Assembly (NCBI GenBank): GCA_963668025.2
Contig: CAXXTH010000011.1
Coordinates: 160,001-224,000, forward strand
Direction of reading: 5' to 3'
From: Candidatus Hydrogenedentota bacterium
GTDB taxonomy: Bacteria; Hydrogenedentota; Hydrogenedentia; Hydrogenedentales; SLHB01
DNA length: 64,000 nucleotides
Positions within the stretch are counted from its first letter, which is position 1. Each line of letters starts with the position of its first letter. Under the pieces are notes generated by a model. The model did not search any database. It was not told the DNA's origin and saw only the letters and a list, made by a program, of their open reading frames with translations. The position numbers were made by a program, and so were the translations under genes. Shown here in pieces: positions 10,243 through 20,045 of this stretch.

Positions 10243-10277
10243 CCGTTCTGGCGGCTTCATGGAAGCCGCCAGAACGG
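10243..10277. terminator. Perfect 16-bp hairpin after the DUF4139 pair (terminator or REP-like)
   Basis: ccgttctggcggcttc-atg-gaagccgccagaacgg. Confidence 0.65.
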
Positions 10278-10354
10278 CCCAAAAACTGTATACATACGCA
10301 GCAAGCCAAAGAGTCCATGATAATTCTAAAATTTATCACTCTGCGCATTTTTTG

Positions 10355-10383
10355 TTGACATGCAATTGATTAGGTGATAGGCT
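10355..10383 (+). promoter_or_regulatory. Sigma70-type promoter for the small peptide gene
   Basis: TTGACA (10355-10360), 17 bp, TAGGCT (10378-10383). Confidence 0.65.
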
Positions 10384-10447
10384 ACTACACATACGGAAGC
10401 CGAGATTGGATGATGAGTTGTGCCAACAAGGGAAGGAGCGTAGCGCG

Positions 10448-10597
10448 ATGAAGCATCTGAGCATGAGGAAGAGCGCCCGGCCAGCCTTGGCTGGAGATTG
10501 GTGCAACGATTGCTTTTTATGCTGGTGCATCACCAATCCAGGCAGTTCCTTTTGGGAATGCTTCTTGGCGAATATATCCGAAAAAAAATCCGTTTAA
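10448..10597 (+). CDS. 49-aa Cys/Trp-rich small peptide, possible leader+core precursor
   Basis: AAGGAG (10433-10438) 9 nt before ATG; upstream promoter; MKHLSMRKSARPALA-GDWCNDCFLCWCITNPGSSFWECFLANISEKKSV. Confidence 0.65.
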   Translation: MKHLSMRKSARPALAGDWCNDCFLCWCITNPGSSFWECFLANISEKKSV

Positions 10598-10629
10598 GCA
10601 GAAGCAGCGCCGCATCCGCTGGCTCGCGT

Positions 10630-11469
10630 TTACGATTTCTTTTCCACAAGCGTGATCACGAAGAGGGTGGGCCAGTACTTTCCGGTGATGAGCAAACGCC
10701 CGGTTGCCGGATCATAGGTGATCCCATTCAACACATCCGCGTTGCGGGCCTCTTCACTCGAAAGAAGCCCGGATAAATCGATCCATCCGGTAACAGCGCC
10801 GGTTTGCGGGGAAATACGTGCAATGCGGTCGAGCTGCCACACATTCGCATAGATTTCGCCATTGATGTATTCCAACTCATTCAATCGCTTGACAGGGCCT
10901 ACACTATCCGAGATATCCAACGTTTTAATCGTTTTGAACGTATCCGGATCGAGAAAACGCAGCGTCGCCGTTCCATCGCTCATGATGAGATGCGTTCCAT
11001 CATACGTAATTCCCCAGCCCTCGCCGGAATAGCTCCAGCGCTGTTTCTCTTCAAAAGTGCCTTTGTCATATACAAAACCGATCCCATCTTGCCAAGTAAG
11101 CTGGAAGATGCGCCCATCTATAGCTGTTATGCCCTCCGCGAACCATTCGCTATCCAGGGCGTGCGATTGGAGCACCTTGCCCGTGGCGAGATCGACCCGC
11201 CGCAAGCTGCTGCTTCCTTTCAGCCCCGTGCTCTCATAAAGGACGCCATCCTGATATATCAGCCCTTGCGTCCATGCGGTGGAATCATGGGGATATCGGT
11301 CCATCACTTCATACGTATAAATTGGCACATCCGAAGGAAGCGGAGGCGGGCACGCACAGATAAGCGATACAAAACAAAAGGCCAGCCCCACGGCAGCCAA
11401 AACCGCTATGCGGGCAATCCACCGGCGGACAGGTTTTTTTTCACGAGATGCGGCTTGTTTGTTATTCAT
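10630..11469 (-). CDS. Glutaminyl-peptide cyclotransferase (bacterial/plant-type glutamine cyclotransferase)
   Basis: YPHD..AWTQGL, LYESTG, FAEGIT, QLTW, GEGWGIT, LNELEYI, VLNGI, TGKYWP; start uncertain. Confidence 0.92.
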   Translation of the reverse strand: MNNKQAASREKKPVRRWIARIAVLAAVGLAFCFVSLICACPPPLPSDVPIYTYEVMDRYPHDSTAWTQGLIYQDGVLYESTGLKGSSSLRRVDLATGKVLQSHALDSEWFAEGITAIDGRIFQLTWQDGIGFVYDKGTFEEKQRWSYSGEGWGITYDGTHLIMSDGTATLRFLDPDTFKTIKTLDISDSVGPVKRLNELEYINGEIYANVWQLDRIARISPQTGAVTGWIDLSGLLSSEEARNADVLNGITYDPATGRLLITGKYWPTLFVITLVEKKS

Positions 11470-11673
11470 TCGATAATCCTCTATCAGATCAATCACACGC
11501 ATTAAGAATACCCCAGCGAGGCTTTGATGCTCCAGTTCCATTTTGACAGGATGGCCCAATATCCAGTAAAGCACAATCCTTAAAAAATGGCGGCGCTTCG
11601 TTCAAAAAAACGGCGATGTTATTGAATCGTCCACCTCTTAAAATGCGCCATAAAATTTGCTTTTACATGTCTT

Positions 11674-11702
11674 TTGCATTTTTAGAGTTATTAAGGTATC
11701 AT
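11674..11702 (+). promoter_or_regulatory. Sigma70-type promoter of the minor-pilin operon
   Basis: TTGCAT, 17 bp, TATCAT. Confidence 0.5.
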
Positions 11703-11740
11703 GAAGTAAAGGGGGCGAAGAGTTTTATCCAGAAAAATTT

Positions 11741-12217
11741 TTGGATAGGAAGCGAGCCGTGCCCTTAAAATTGCGAATACCGCCTCATCATTTCAACATC
11801 CGGAACCAGGATGGCGTCACGCTTGTTGAAATCGTCATTGCCTCGCTTATCCTTACCGTAGGCCTTGTCGCACTGCTAAGCGCAACGGTAGACGTGGGCA
11901 AAAGCCGGGCCTTAATAGAACAAGAGGAAATGGCCTCTTCCGTGCTGGCGAGCACGGCGGAAGTGTTGCGGGGAGCGGATCTCGAACAGGCCGCTCGGGG
12001 CAACTTAATAATCCCTCAATTGTTGGGAGATTCCCAATCCATCTCATTCGCTTACCTCAATTCCGCCGGAATGCGAGTGCCTTTAGCCGCCGCGGCAGGC
12101 GAAACGTTTTCTGCACAAAACTTCCCTAATCCATTAAATGTAGAAATCATTCTTTCGTGGAGAGATGTGAGCAGCCGTCCATTAAGCCGGCGCCTCACCG
12201 TTCTTTTAGGAAGGTAG
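11741..12217 (+). CDS. Prepilin-type (PilV-like) protein
   Basis: Class III signal G|VTLVEIVIA followed by a hydrophobic helix; start may be GTG 11759. Confidence 0.75.
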   Translation: MDRKRAVPLKLRIPPHHFNIRNQDGVTLVEIVIASLILTVGLVALLSATVDVGKSRALIEQEEMASSVLASTAEVLRGADLEQAARGNLIIPQLLGDSQSISFAYLNSAGMRVPLAAAAGETFSAQNFPNPLNVEIILSWRDVSSRPLSRRLTVLLGR

Positions 12218-12221
12218 CACC

Positions 12222-12791
12222 ATGAAAAAAAATGGCTTCTCCCTAGTCGAGTTAACCGTATCGATTAGCATTATGCTGATTATTTCGGCTGCCCTTTTTG
12301 GTTTTTCCATAGCGGTGGGCCAAGCTACCCGCTCCCAGCAAGCGAAAGTCACCGCCACGGACGATGCGCGCCAAGCGATATTAGTAGCGATAAGGGAAAT
12401 CCGCCAATCCGCTTTTTCTTCCATTAATTGGGGTTCGCTTCCGGCAAACACCGTGCAATACCGCATAGCGCTAGATGCCGATAACAATGGCCTTGCGGTC
12501 GATTCCCAGGTGAGGCTCGAATTGAGCGCAGTTCGGACGATAAGCCCAGATTTTGAAGATATTAACAACGATGGCATCACCGCCCGCCAGCTCATTATGA
12601 CCGATGGGCTCCAGACGCAAGTATTGTGCAACACCCTTCGCGTTTCAACAAGCGGAGCTGCCGAAGATGAAGGCGTCTGGTTTGAACAAAATGGCGCTGG
12701 ACTTCGCATCACCGTGCAAACAGAAAGCGGCAGCGTGAATGATATCCCGATGCCTTGCAGGCTGGTTGAATTCGTAATCCCGAGGAACTAA
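12222..12791 (+). CDS. Prepilin-type (PilW-like) protein
   Basis: MKKNG|FSLVEL; C-terminal ...PRN. Confidence 0.8.
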   Translation: MKKNGFSLVELTVSISIMLIISAALFGFSIAVGQATRSQQAKVTATDDARQAILVAIREIRQSAFSSINWGSLPANTVQYRIALDADNNGLAVDSQVRLELSAVRTISPDFEDINNDGITARQLIMTDGLQTQVLCNTLRVSTSGAAEDEGVWFEQNGAGLRITVQTESGSVNDIPMPCRLVEFVIPRN

Positions 12792-12794
12792 AAC

Positions 12795-14463
12795 ATGCGC
12801 CGATCTCGCCAATCCAATCAAGGAAGCGCGCTGCTGCTCGCCACCCTCTTTCTGTTTGTCGCCATTCTACTAATGAGCGCCATTGCGATGCGTGTGGTGC
12901 GTCATAAGCGGCATGTCGATGCCTATGAAGAATTCACGGAATGCTTTACGGGAGCGGAGGCAGGCATTTCCGCTGCGAAGCTGTCCATCGAGACAGGTGG
13001 CGATGGAGCAATTGGATTAGGTTCATGGACCCCCGCCGATGCGGGAGAGACGCCTTTCCCCGATCTCAATGATGAGCGGCTCACGCCTAGTGAAATTGGC
13101 CTTCCACCTATTACCCGGTATGCGGCGTACACGATTAATTGGTCGGATGATGATGTGGATAATAATGGCGATGGTGTGATTGACGGGGCAAACGAGCAAT
13201 GGACATACACCATTTATTCCGTGGCGAACTGTGGAGCCACTACGCGATGGCTGGAAACCATCTACCGCGGCATGAATGTGAACGTCTGGCAGAATGCTAT
13301 CTTTGGCGGAACCGGCCAGATAGGCGGGCTTATCAATGGCAATGTCAGCATCCATGGCTCTGTTCATTTATTAGGCAACAATATCCTCGAAGGCGGCGTA
13401 GCTGTGACGGCCCTAGACCTGAGCGGAACCAGCCTTATTCACAACAATTATACGGGCATGCCCGCTGCTCTGGCTAGCCGGGTGCCCGCCCTCCCAACAG
13501 CGTCATTTGGAGGAAAAAACGTTTATACGCTGGAAGCAAAGCTGCGCGTTAAAAATGGATTGGTGGGCCTTTCGGGCAATTCCGAAATTGGAGAGCCGGA
13601 TTCCGCCCTGAATACGATTAAAGAAACGATGGATGGCACCTATGTAAACGACGGATGGACCGGCACCGCCGTAGTGGATGATGGAAACCGGGGCGATCCA
13701 AAGTCCGTCTATAGCGATAACGGATGGGATGAAGTATACGATCTGGGAGATCGCGTTCCTTTTCCCATTCTTGATGATGACTGGCGGGATCCCGTGACAG
13801 GCGCCGGGGTGCTTTATACCACTGGCACTCGAAATTACCAGCATGATGAATACTTTACTGAAAAATTGGCTGGTGCCGCCTACACCGGAAATATGACCAT
13901 CGACACATCAACAAATTTTTACTATAACGCCACGCGCCCAGCCGACGCCGATCCCACGCACCGCACATCCACGGATGATTATGTTTACTTCAATGCCAGC
14001 ACGAATAAGATGGAGATTAATGGACAGATAGTAATCAATGGCGACCTTGAAATGAAAGGCAAGGGCAATGACACCACCATCTATTATACGGGGCGGGCCG
14101 CCTTTCTAGTGAATGGCAATGTCTCACTCGACACGAATCTGCTCACAGTGAACAGCGATGGAAGCACAGCCAACAGTTTCCCCGTGAAAAACATTATTGG
14201 AATCATGGCCCGGAATTCCATGGTGGTAGGCTCCACGGCGCAGCTCACCTTGATGGGCGCTTTTTATGCCCAAAACACGGTCAAAAGCACGAAGCAAACG
14301 ATCACGATAGGAACATTTGTATCAAATTACTTCGATATGGGCACCAACGTACCAGAGATTTATCAAGTTCCCGAATTAGCGGATAACTTGCCGCTTGGAA
14401 TGATTGGGGGACTATCCGATTCTCTGCCTTGACCAGCTCTCCTGGCGGGAAATGGGAATATGA
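12795..14463 (+). CDS. PilX-like large minor pilin; apparent +1 G at 14406-14410 near the C-terminus
   Basis: QG|SALLLA (no E5, as in PilX/GspK); removing one G restores ...IGDYPILCLDQLSWREMGI* with an ATGA overlap onto the next gene. Confidence 0.75.
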
Positions 14464-14996
14464 ACCGAAGATTTTTGTTCGAGTTTTTGCATGATAACTG
14501 GTATCTGGCTGCCGCATTTGTGGTGTGTGTCGTATTGGTGGTCTATAAAGCCGCCACCCCGAATCCAGAGCAGCCTCCTGCCCTTGTCGCAACACGGCAA
14601 GCCGTTTCCAACACGCGTACTTCTTCCCAAACTGAAAACACCTACGAAAACCAGATCAAAAAGGACGCGCTACAAACCATTAATGCACACCGCAAACGCC
14701 TCGACGCACAAACGAATCCAGAAGAAGCGCCTGTTCTTTTAGCTGCCATGGGAAATCTATATCGGAATAAATTGAGTGATTACAGGCAAGCCGCTTTTTG
14801 TTACGAGCGCATCATTCAAGACTATCCAGAATCTCCCCAGTGTACGGATGCCTTTCTCGGATTGGCGACATGCTATGAACAAATGGGGGAAGTCCTCAAA
14901 TGCAATGAAACCCTCTGGAAAATGATGAAAGCCTACCCAGAAACCTCTCAAGAATATGCCTATGCAAGGGCAAAACTGGAGGGCCGAACACCATAG
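14460..14996 (+). CDS. Membrane-anchored TPR protein
   Basis: N-terminal TM; TPR-like LAAMGNLY...AAFCYERIIQDYPES, AFLGLATCYEQMG. Confidence 0.75.
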   Translation: MNRRFLFEFLHDNWYLAAAFVVCVVLVVYKAATPNPEQPPALVATRQAVSNTRTSSQTENTYENQIKKDALQTINAHRKRLDAQTNPEEAPVLLAAMGNLYRNKLSDYRQAAFCYERIIQDYPESPQCTDAFLGLATCYEQMGEVLKCNETLWKMMKAYPETSQEYAYARAKLEGRTP

Positions 14997-15050
14997 TCTC
15001 TAAACTCGAGTAGATGCCCCCAAGATTCTTGACCCAAAACCCTAAACCGC

Positions 15051-15079
15051 TTGACATCTGCTTAAATTTTCAGTATACT
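15051..15079 (+). promoter_or_regulatory. Near-consensus sigma70 promoter of the helicase gene
   Basis: TTGACA (15051-56), 17 bp, TATACT (15074-79); AAGGAGG RBS before ATG 15108. Confidence 0.8.
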
Positions 15080-15107
15080 CCTTTTGGTAATCAAAAGGAG
15101 GCGAACC

Positions 15108-17717
15108 ATGAAGATGGCGGAATTGCTGCGGTTTGGGGCGGCCCCCGAGATCATCAGCCTCTGGCAGGAACGCGAAAGCGAACACTTGCTGCCCCTGCAG
15201 GAAATGGCGGTGCGGCAGCATGGGCTTTTCGAACGCAAGAACCTGCTCATCCAAGCCCCCACGACATCCGGGAAGACCTTCATCGGCGAAATGGCGGCGC
15301 TTCACACGGCGCTCAAGCGCAAGAAAGTGGTTTACCTCCTCCCGCTCAAGGCCCTGGCGGCGGAAAAATGGGCCGGTTTCCAAGAAAAGTACGCCGCCTA
15401 TGGCATCAAAACCATCATCTCCACCCGGGATCACCGGGAATTTGACGAGGATTTGGAGAAGGGGAATTTCTCCATCGCCGTGGTCGTGTATGAAAAACTG
15501 GCGCAGCTTTTGGTGCGGAGGCCGGAGCGGATCAACGAGCTCGAACTGGTGATCGCCGATGAGCTCGAAATTCTGTCGGACCCCGAGCGCGGGGCCATGG
15601 CGGAATTGCTGCTGACCCGGCTGCTGCTGGCGGGCGTGCGCTTGATTGGATTGTCGGCGGTCATCGGCGGCACGGAACGCCTAGCGCGATGGATGAACGC
15701 CGAAGCGGTGCTTTTTGAACGGCGGCCCATCGAATTGCGTTATGGCGTCCTGCATGAAGGCGTCTTCCGTTTCCGCACCTACAATGAATATGCGGAAGCG
15801 GAGGAAAAGCTGGCGGACTGCGAATCGGAATCGCCGTGGGAGATCCTTTCGGAAAACCTGCACGCCTTCGTCAAGGCGGGCGAGCCATGCATCATCTTCG
15901 TGAAAGACCGCTACGAATCGCGCCGGGGCGCGGCCTTGCTGGCCCATCGGCTTGATTTGCCGCCCGCCACAACTGCTATCGAGGCGCTCCGCCGCCTCGA
16001 CGCGACCCATGCCCGCGATGAGCTCTCCGAATTACTGAACCTCGGCGTGGCCTTTCATAACGCTGATTTGTCGCCCGAGGAGCGCCAGGTGATTGAAACG
16101 GCGTTCCGGTCCGAGGAACTCAAGGTGCTCGTCTCCACCAGCACCCTCGCCGCAGGCATGAATTTGCCCGCGCAAAATGTCTTCATTACCGCCGACAAAT
16201 GGCAATACGACACCCGCTTCGGCATGCCCTGGAAAACGCCCATCTTGCGGGCGGAATACGAAAACATGGGCGGGCGCGCGGGACGGTATGGCTCGGGAAA
16301 GCCCTTCGGGCGCTCGATCCTCGTGGCGGCGACGCCTTTCGACCACGAGACCCTCTGGCGGCGCTACGTCGAGGGCGAACGGGAGGCCATCGAGCCGCGC
16401 CTGGGCCAGGGGCCTCTCGAGGACCACGTCCTCCGGCTCGTAGCCTCAAGCGCATGCCGCACGGAGGAGGAATTAGTCCGCTTTTTCAATCACACACCCA
16501 CAGGGATGTGGGTATGGGCGGAATCCCTTTCACCGCAGGAAATCGAAGTGCGCGTGCGGACCGCCATCAACCGCGCCACGGATGCGGGGCTGCTCGCACC
16601 TGCCAATGAACAAGGCCATATTGAAGCCACGCCTTTCGGGTGGGCGGCGGCGTCCAAGGGGGTGTCGCTGGCCACGGCGCGCGAACTCGCGTCCTGGGTC
16701 CGCGAGTCGGAAACGCGCCTGTGGGGCGACATCGACCTCCTGCTCGCCGCCGCCCTGACGCCCGATGGCCGCATGGTGCAAGTCTCCCTTACGACGCGGG
16801 AATATGACCATGCCGATTATCCAGAACAATTGCGGCAGGGAACGCGCAACGAGGAGCTTTCTTCCGATGTGCCCCTCAACCGCCTGCGCAATTGCACCCT
16901 CATGCCCTTCTTCAATGAAGTGCGCGCCATCAAGATAGCCCTCTTTCTCCAGGATTGGCTCAACGAAGAATCGATTTACGATATCGAAGAGCGCTATCAG
17001 ACCCTCTTGGGCCAAATTCGCGGCGCGGCGGACCAACTAAGCTGGCTCGTGGACGCCACGGCAGCCATCGCGCGGGCTTTCGGCGCGCATGAAGCATTTA
17101 TCAGGCGCATCGAACTCCTGGCCGAACGCACCGCGCGAGGACTGCGGGCGGAAACCTTGCCGCTGGCGCGGCTCGCGGGGCCTATTCTGTCCCGCGCAGC
17201 CCTCGTGTCCATGGCCTCCGCCGGGCTTCACACCGCCGAAACCCTTGCGCAGACGCCGCCGGAGCGCCTAAAACACTGGATGCCTTTAAGCGCCGCCCGG
17301 CGCATTGCGGCGTGGGCGCTCGAATCCACTGGGCTGAAACCGGAAACCGCCATGCCCATTCCTCGGGATGAACCGGTGTTGATTGTCGATGGCCGCAGGC
17401 CCTGCCAGATCGAGTTCGAGGGGAAAGTGGTGCCTCTGCAGGATAAACAATACCGAATGATGGAACTATTGGCGGCGCATCCGGGCGAATGCGTGTTCTA
17501 CGAGGCCCTGCAAGACGCCCTGTGGGGCGAAACCGCCGTGGAGCCAAACCAGATCCACGTCCAGAAACGCAGGCTTCTCGAACGCATTCACGAGTCCGCT
17601 CCCGAATACGCCCGCTATATCCGCACCATTCCCCGGCGCGGCCTCTTGTTGGACCTCACGCCTGAACAAGTCCGCTTCACCGCATCACGGCAAATCCTGT
17701 GCGCCGCCGTGGGATGA
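15108..17717 (+). CDS. Ski2/Hel308-like SF2 helicase with a C-terminal OmpR/PhoB-type winged helix
   Basis: APTTSGKT, PLKALA, ADELE, LSA, VAFHNADL, TSTLAAGMNLPA, NMGGRAGR; C-terminal LLAAHPGE..LQDALWG..IRTIPRRG. Confidence 0.85.
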   Translation: MKMAELLRFGAAPEIISLWQERESEHLLPLQEMAVRQHGLFERKNLLIQAPTTSGKTFIGEMAALHTALKRKKVVYLLPLKALAAEKWAGFQEKYAAYGIKTIISTRDHREFDEDLEKGNFSIAVVVYEKLAQLLVRRPERINELELVIADELEILSDPERGAMAELLLTRLLLAGVRLIGLSAVIGGTERLARWMNAEAVLFERRPIELRYGVLHEGVFRFRTYNEYAEAEEKLADCESESPWEILSENLHAFVKAGEPCIIFVKDRYESRRGAALLAHRLDLPPATTAIEALRRLDATHARDELSELLNLGVAFHNADLSPEERQVIETAFRSEELKVLVSTSTLAAGMNLPAQNVFITADKWQYDTRFGMPWKTPILRAEYENMGGRAGRYGSGKPFGRSILVAATPFDHETLWRRYVEGEREAIEPRLGQGPLEDHVLRLVASSACRTEEELVRFFNHTPTGMWVWAESLSPQEIEVRVRTAINRATDAGLLAPANEQGHIEATPFGWAAASKGVSLATARELASWVRESETRLWGDIDLLLAAALTPDGRMVQVSLTTREYDHADYPEQLRQGTRNEELSSDVPLNRLRNCTLMPFFNEVRAIKIALFLQDWLNEESIYDIEERYQTLLGQIRGAADQLSWLVDATAAIARAFGAHEAFIRRIELLAERTARGLRAETLPLARLAGPILSRAALVSMASAGLHTAETLAQTPPERLKHWMPLSAARRIAAWALESTGLKPETAMPIPRDEPVLIVDGRRPCQIEFEGKVVPLQDKQYRMMELLAAHPGECVFYEALQDALWGETAVEPNQIHVQKRRLLERIHESAPEYARYIRTIPRRGLLLDLTPEQVRFTASRQILCAAVG

Positions 17718-17724
17718 GTTTCAT

Positions 17725-18168
17725 TCAAAACTGCTCCAACTGTTCGCTTAATTTTTCGGCGGTGGAGAGTAAACGGTTGATTTTCTGGATGCGTTCCATA
17801 TTATCCGCTTCTTCCGCTTCGCTAAGCGCCGTATCGAGCGCTTTTATCATAAGAGCCAGTTGCTCGCGCATCTGGCTGCCGATTTCATGGCGTCCCGGCA
17901 TGCGTTCCGCCAGCGCAACCCGTGTTCCGGCGGGCACCCCCATCAGTTCTAACATGCGTGCGTGCGCGGGATCTTGCGCAAGCCCCACGGGTTCAATCAC
18001 CCGGATCAAGGCATGGTGGCGGACAAAGTGCATAAACTCGCCCTCATCGATACCCTCACACGCCTTATCCTGGCGAATGTACGATAGTAATGAATCAAAA
18101 GACACTAACGGATTCGATATTTGCCCCAGATAACGAAGGCACCGCTGTTCCGCCGCTTCCAGTATCAT
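17725..18168 (-). CDS. Hypothetical protein
   Basis: ORF with AGGTG RBS before MILEAAEQR; helical C-terminus. Confidence 0.55.
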   Translation of the reverse strand: MILEAAEQRCLRYLGQISNPLVSFDSLLSYIRQDKACEGIDEGEFMHFVRHHALIRVIEPVGLAQDPAHARMLELMGVPAGTRVALAERMPGRHEIGSQMREQLALMIKALDTALSEAEEADNMERIQKINRLLSTAEKLSEQLEQF

Positions 18169-18202
18169 AAACCAACACCTTTCCATTACATGATTAACCG
18201 CG

Positions 18203-19946
18203 TCATTGTACATTACTTGCCTGTTCCGTATGGAATTCGTCCAACTTCGCATAATCTTGGAGCGATAACCAAGGGCGCGCCCGCTCCCGCAGGGCTTCCC
18301 AAGAATCTGGCGGTGAAACGCGCGCCAGCCGCACCCATGCTTCGACCATGCCAGGCGTACGAAAAACGGAGGCTTCCAAGCATTCGCGGGCTTCCTCGTT
18401 TGCGCCACGGGCCTGGGCCAGCGCTCCAATCAACAAATACAGCGGACCCGTATCGAGCCCATGCAACGCCATGCGCGCCTGCGCCTCCGCTTCATCATAT
18501 TGCTTCGCCCGCGCCAGCGCGATAGCATAGTTATGCCGGCCCAAGGCGGAAGGCCAAAGGTGGTCCATTGCTCGGATATACGAAGGCAGAGACGGCCCGC
18601 CCATCCAAAAACTCGATATCCGCCGACCGCAATAAAAAACTAGGCCAAATGCCCGCCCACGCCATGAACGCGGCAAGCGCTATCGTTGCGCCAGGAATCA
18701 TGATAGCCGCCTTTCGTGATTCGGCGCGAACCGGAGCATCACGCGCCAGCAACATCCCAGCAAACAGCACCCCCGCCAAAGCATGTGGCGCGCTATGGAA
18801 AGGGAAATTGGCCAAAGAGAAAATCAGCAGCACCAGCAGCACCAGCCATTCCGGCCCGCGCCGTCGCGACAGCCGCGCCAGCATCCAACACGCACACAGG
18901 ACACCCAGAACACCCGCCTCGGCGGCAAGTTCAAGCGGGTCCGAATGGGCATGCTGGACATGGCGGTCCGTCCAATACGGGTTTGTTCCATCCTCGTCAT
19001 GCAGCGCCTCGCCCATATACAAGGGGCTCCAGTATAAATAATTCCCCAAACCTACGCCCGCCGCCGGATGCGCCGCTATCATCCGCAACGTTCCATCCCA
19101 CATCCACAATCGTGCACGGACTCCCGTGCTTTCCAATGTGGCCGCCCCTTTCACCCGCTCCATGAAACGCGCAGGCTGCAGGGCCACCAGCCCAGTTATC
19201 ACACCCGCCAGTAATAAAACCAACAAGCCCGCACGGCGCATGGAAATGGGCCGGGGGAAAGCGGCGGCCCCCAAGCCCACGCTCGCCGCGATCCAGGCCG
19301 AACGGCATTCAGATAACGCCACCGCCGCCGCCATAAGCAATACGCCCGCGGCTGCAATCACGCTGAGCCGCTGGCCGCGTAAAAAACGATATACGAAAAG
19401 GGGTAGAGCCATGGCCGCATAGCCGCCAAGCAGATCCGCATTCCCAAAAACGGAATACATGCCTGGCGCAAGCGAGGGCCTATCGGGAAATAGAGGGGAG
19501 GCAAGCCCCGCGCGCTGCAACAGAAAAAGCAGTGACACCAGGACAGCGGAAATCAAAAAAGCATTTGTAAATCGATACCGCCAGCACGCATCCCGAAGCA
19601 GATCAAACGCAAGCGCCCCAGCCAAAAGCAACAGCGCGCCGCGCGCCAAGCTTTCCGCCGCATAGGTGCGAACCGTTGCGCCTCCCGCCAAGAGATGGAA
19701 TACCAGCACCCACAGGAGAAACAGCCAAACCGGGCCAAACGCCCAAATGCCCTGCCACCGCATGCGCCCGCGCAGAAGCGCCATCGTAGAGGCCATTGCC
19801 AAGGCGAAGTAAAGGACGGCTTCTTTGGCGTGCAGAAACGACAACAAATGAAAAGAATAGGGCACGGCGCACAATGCGGCACCCACGCACAACACATGTC
19901 CGCGCGCATATTCCAGTCTTTCCCATTCTATTCGTTTCACACACAA
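18203..19946 (-). CDS. O-antigen ligase (Wzy_C)-family membrane protein with C-terminal TPR; frameshift at ~18595-18611
   Basis: SVFGNAD, SECRSAW, RLWMW, GVGLGNY, HAHSDPLELAAEAG; TPR continuation in ORF 18203-18676. Confidence 0.8.
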
Positions 19947-20045
19947 TCCCTATGCAGAGAAAACCATACTCCGTTTGTTCACCCCTGAGTACGCGATCAT
20001 GCTAGAATCCAGCCCATGATCGCAACCTATTTGGGATAAATCCGC

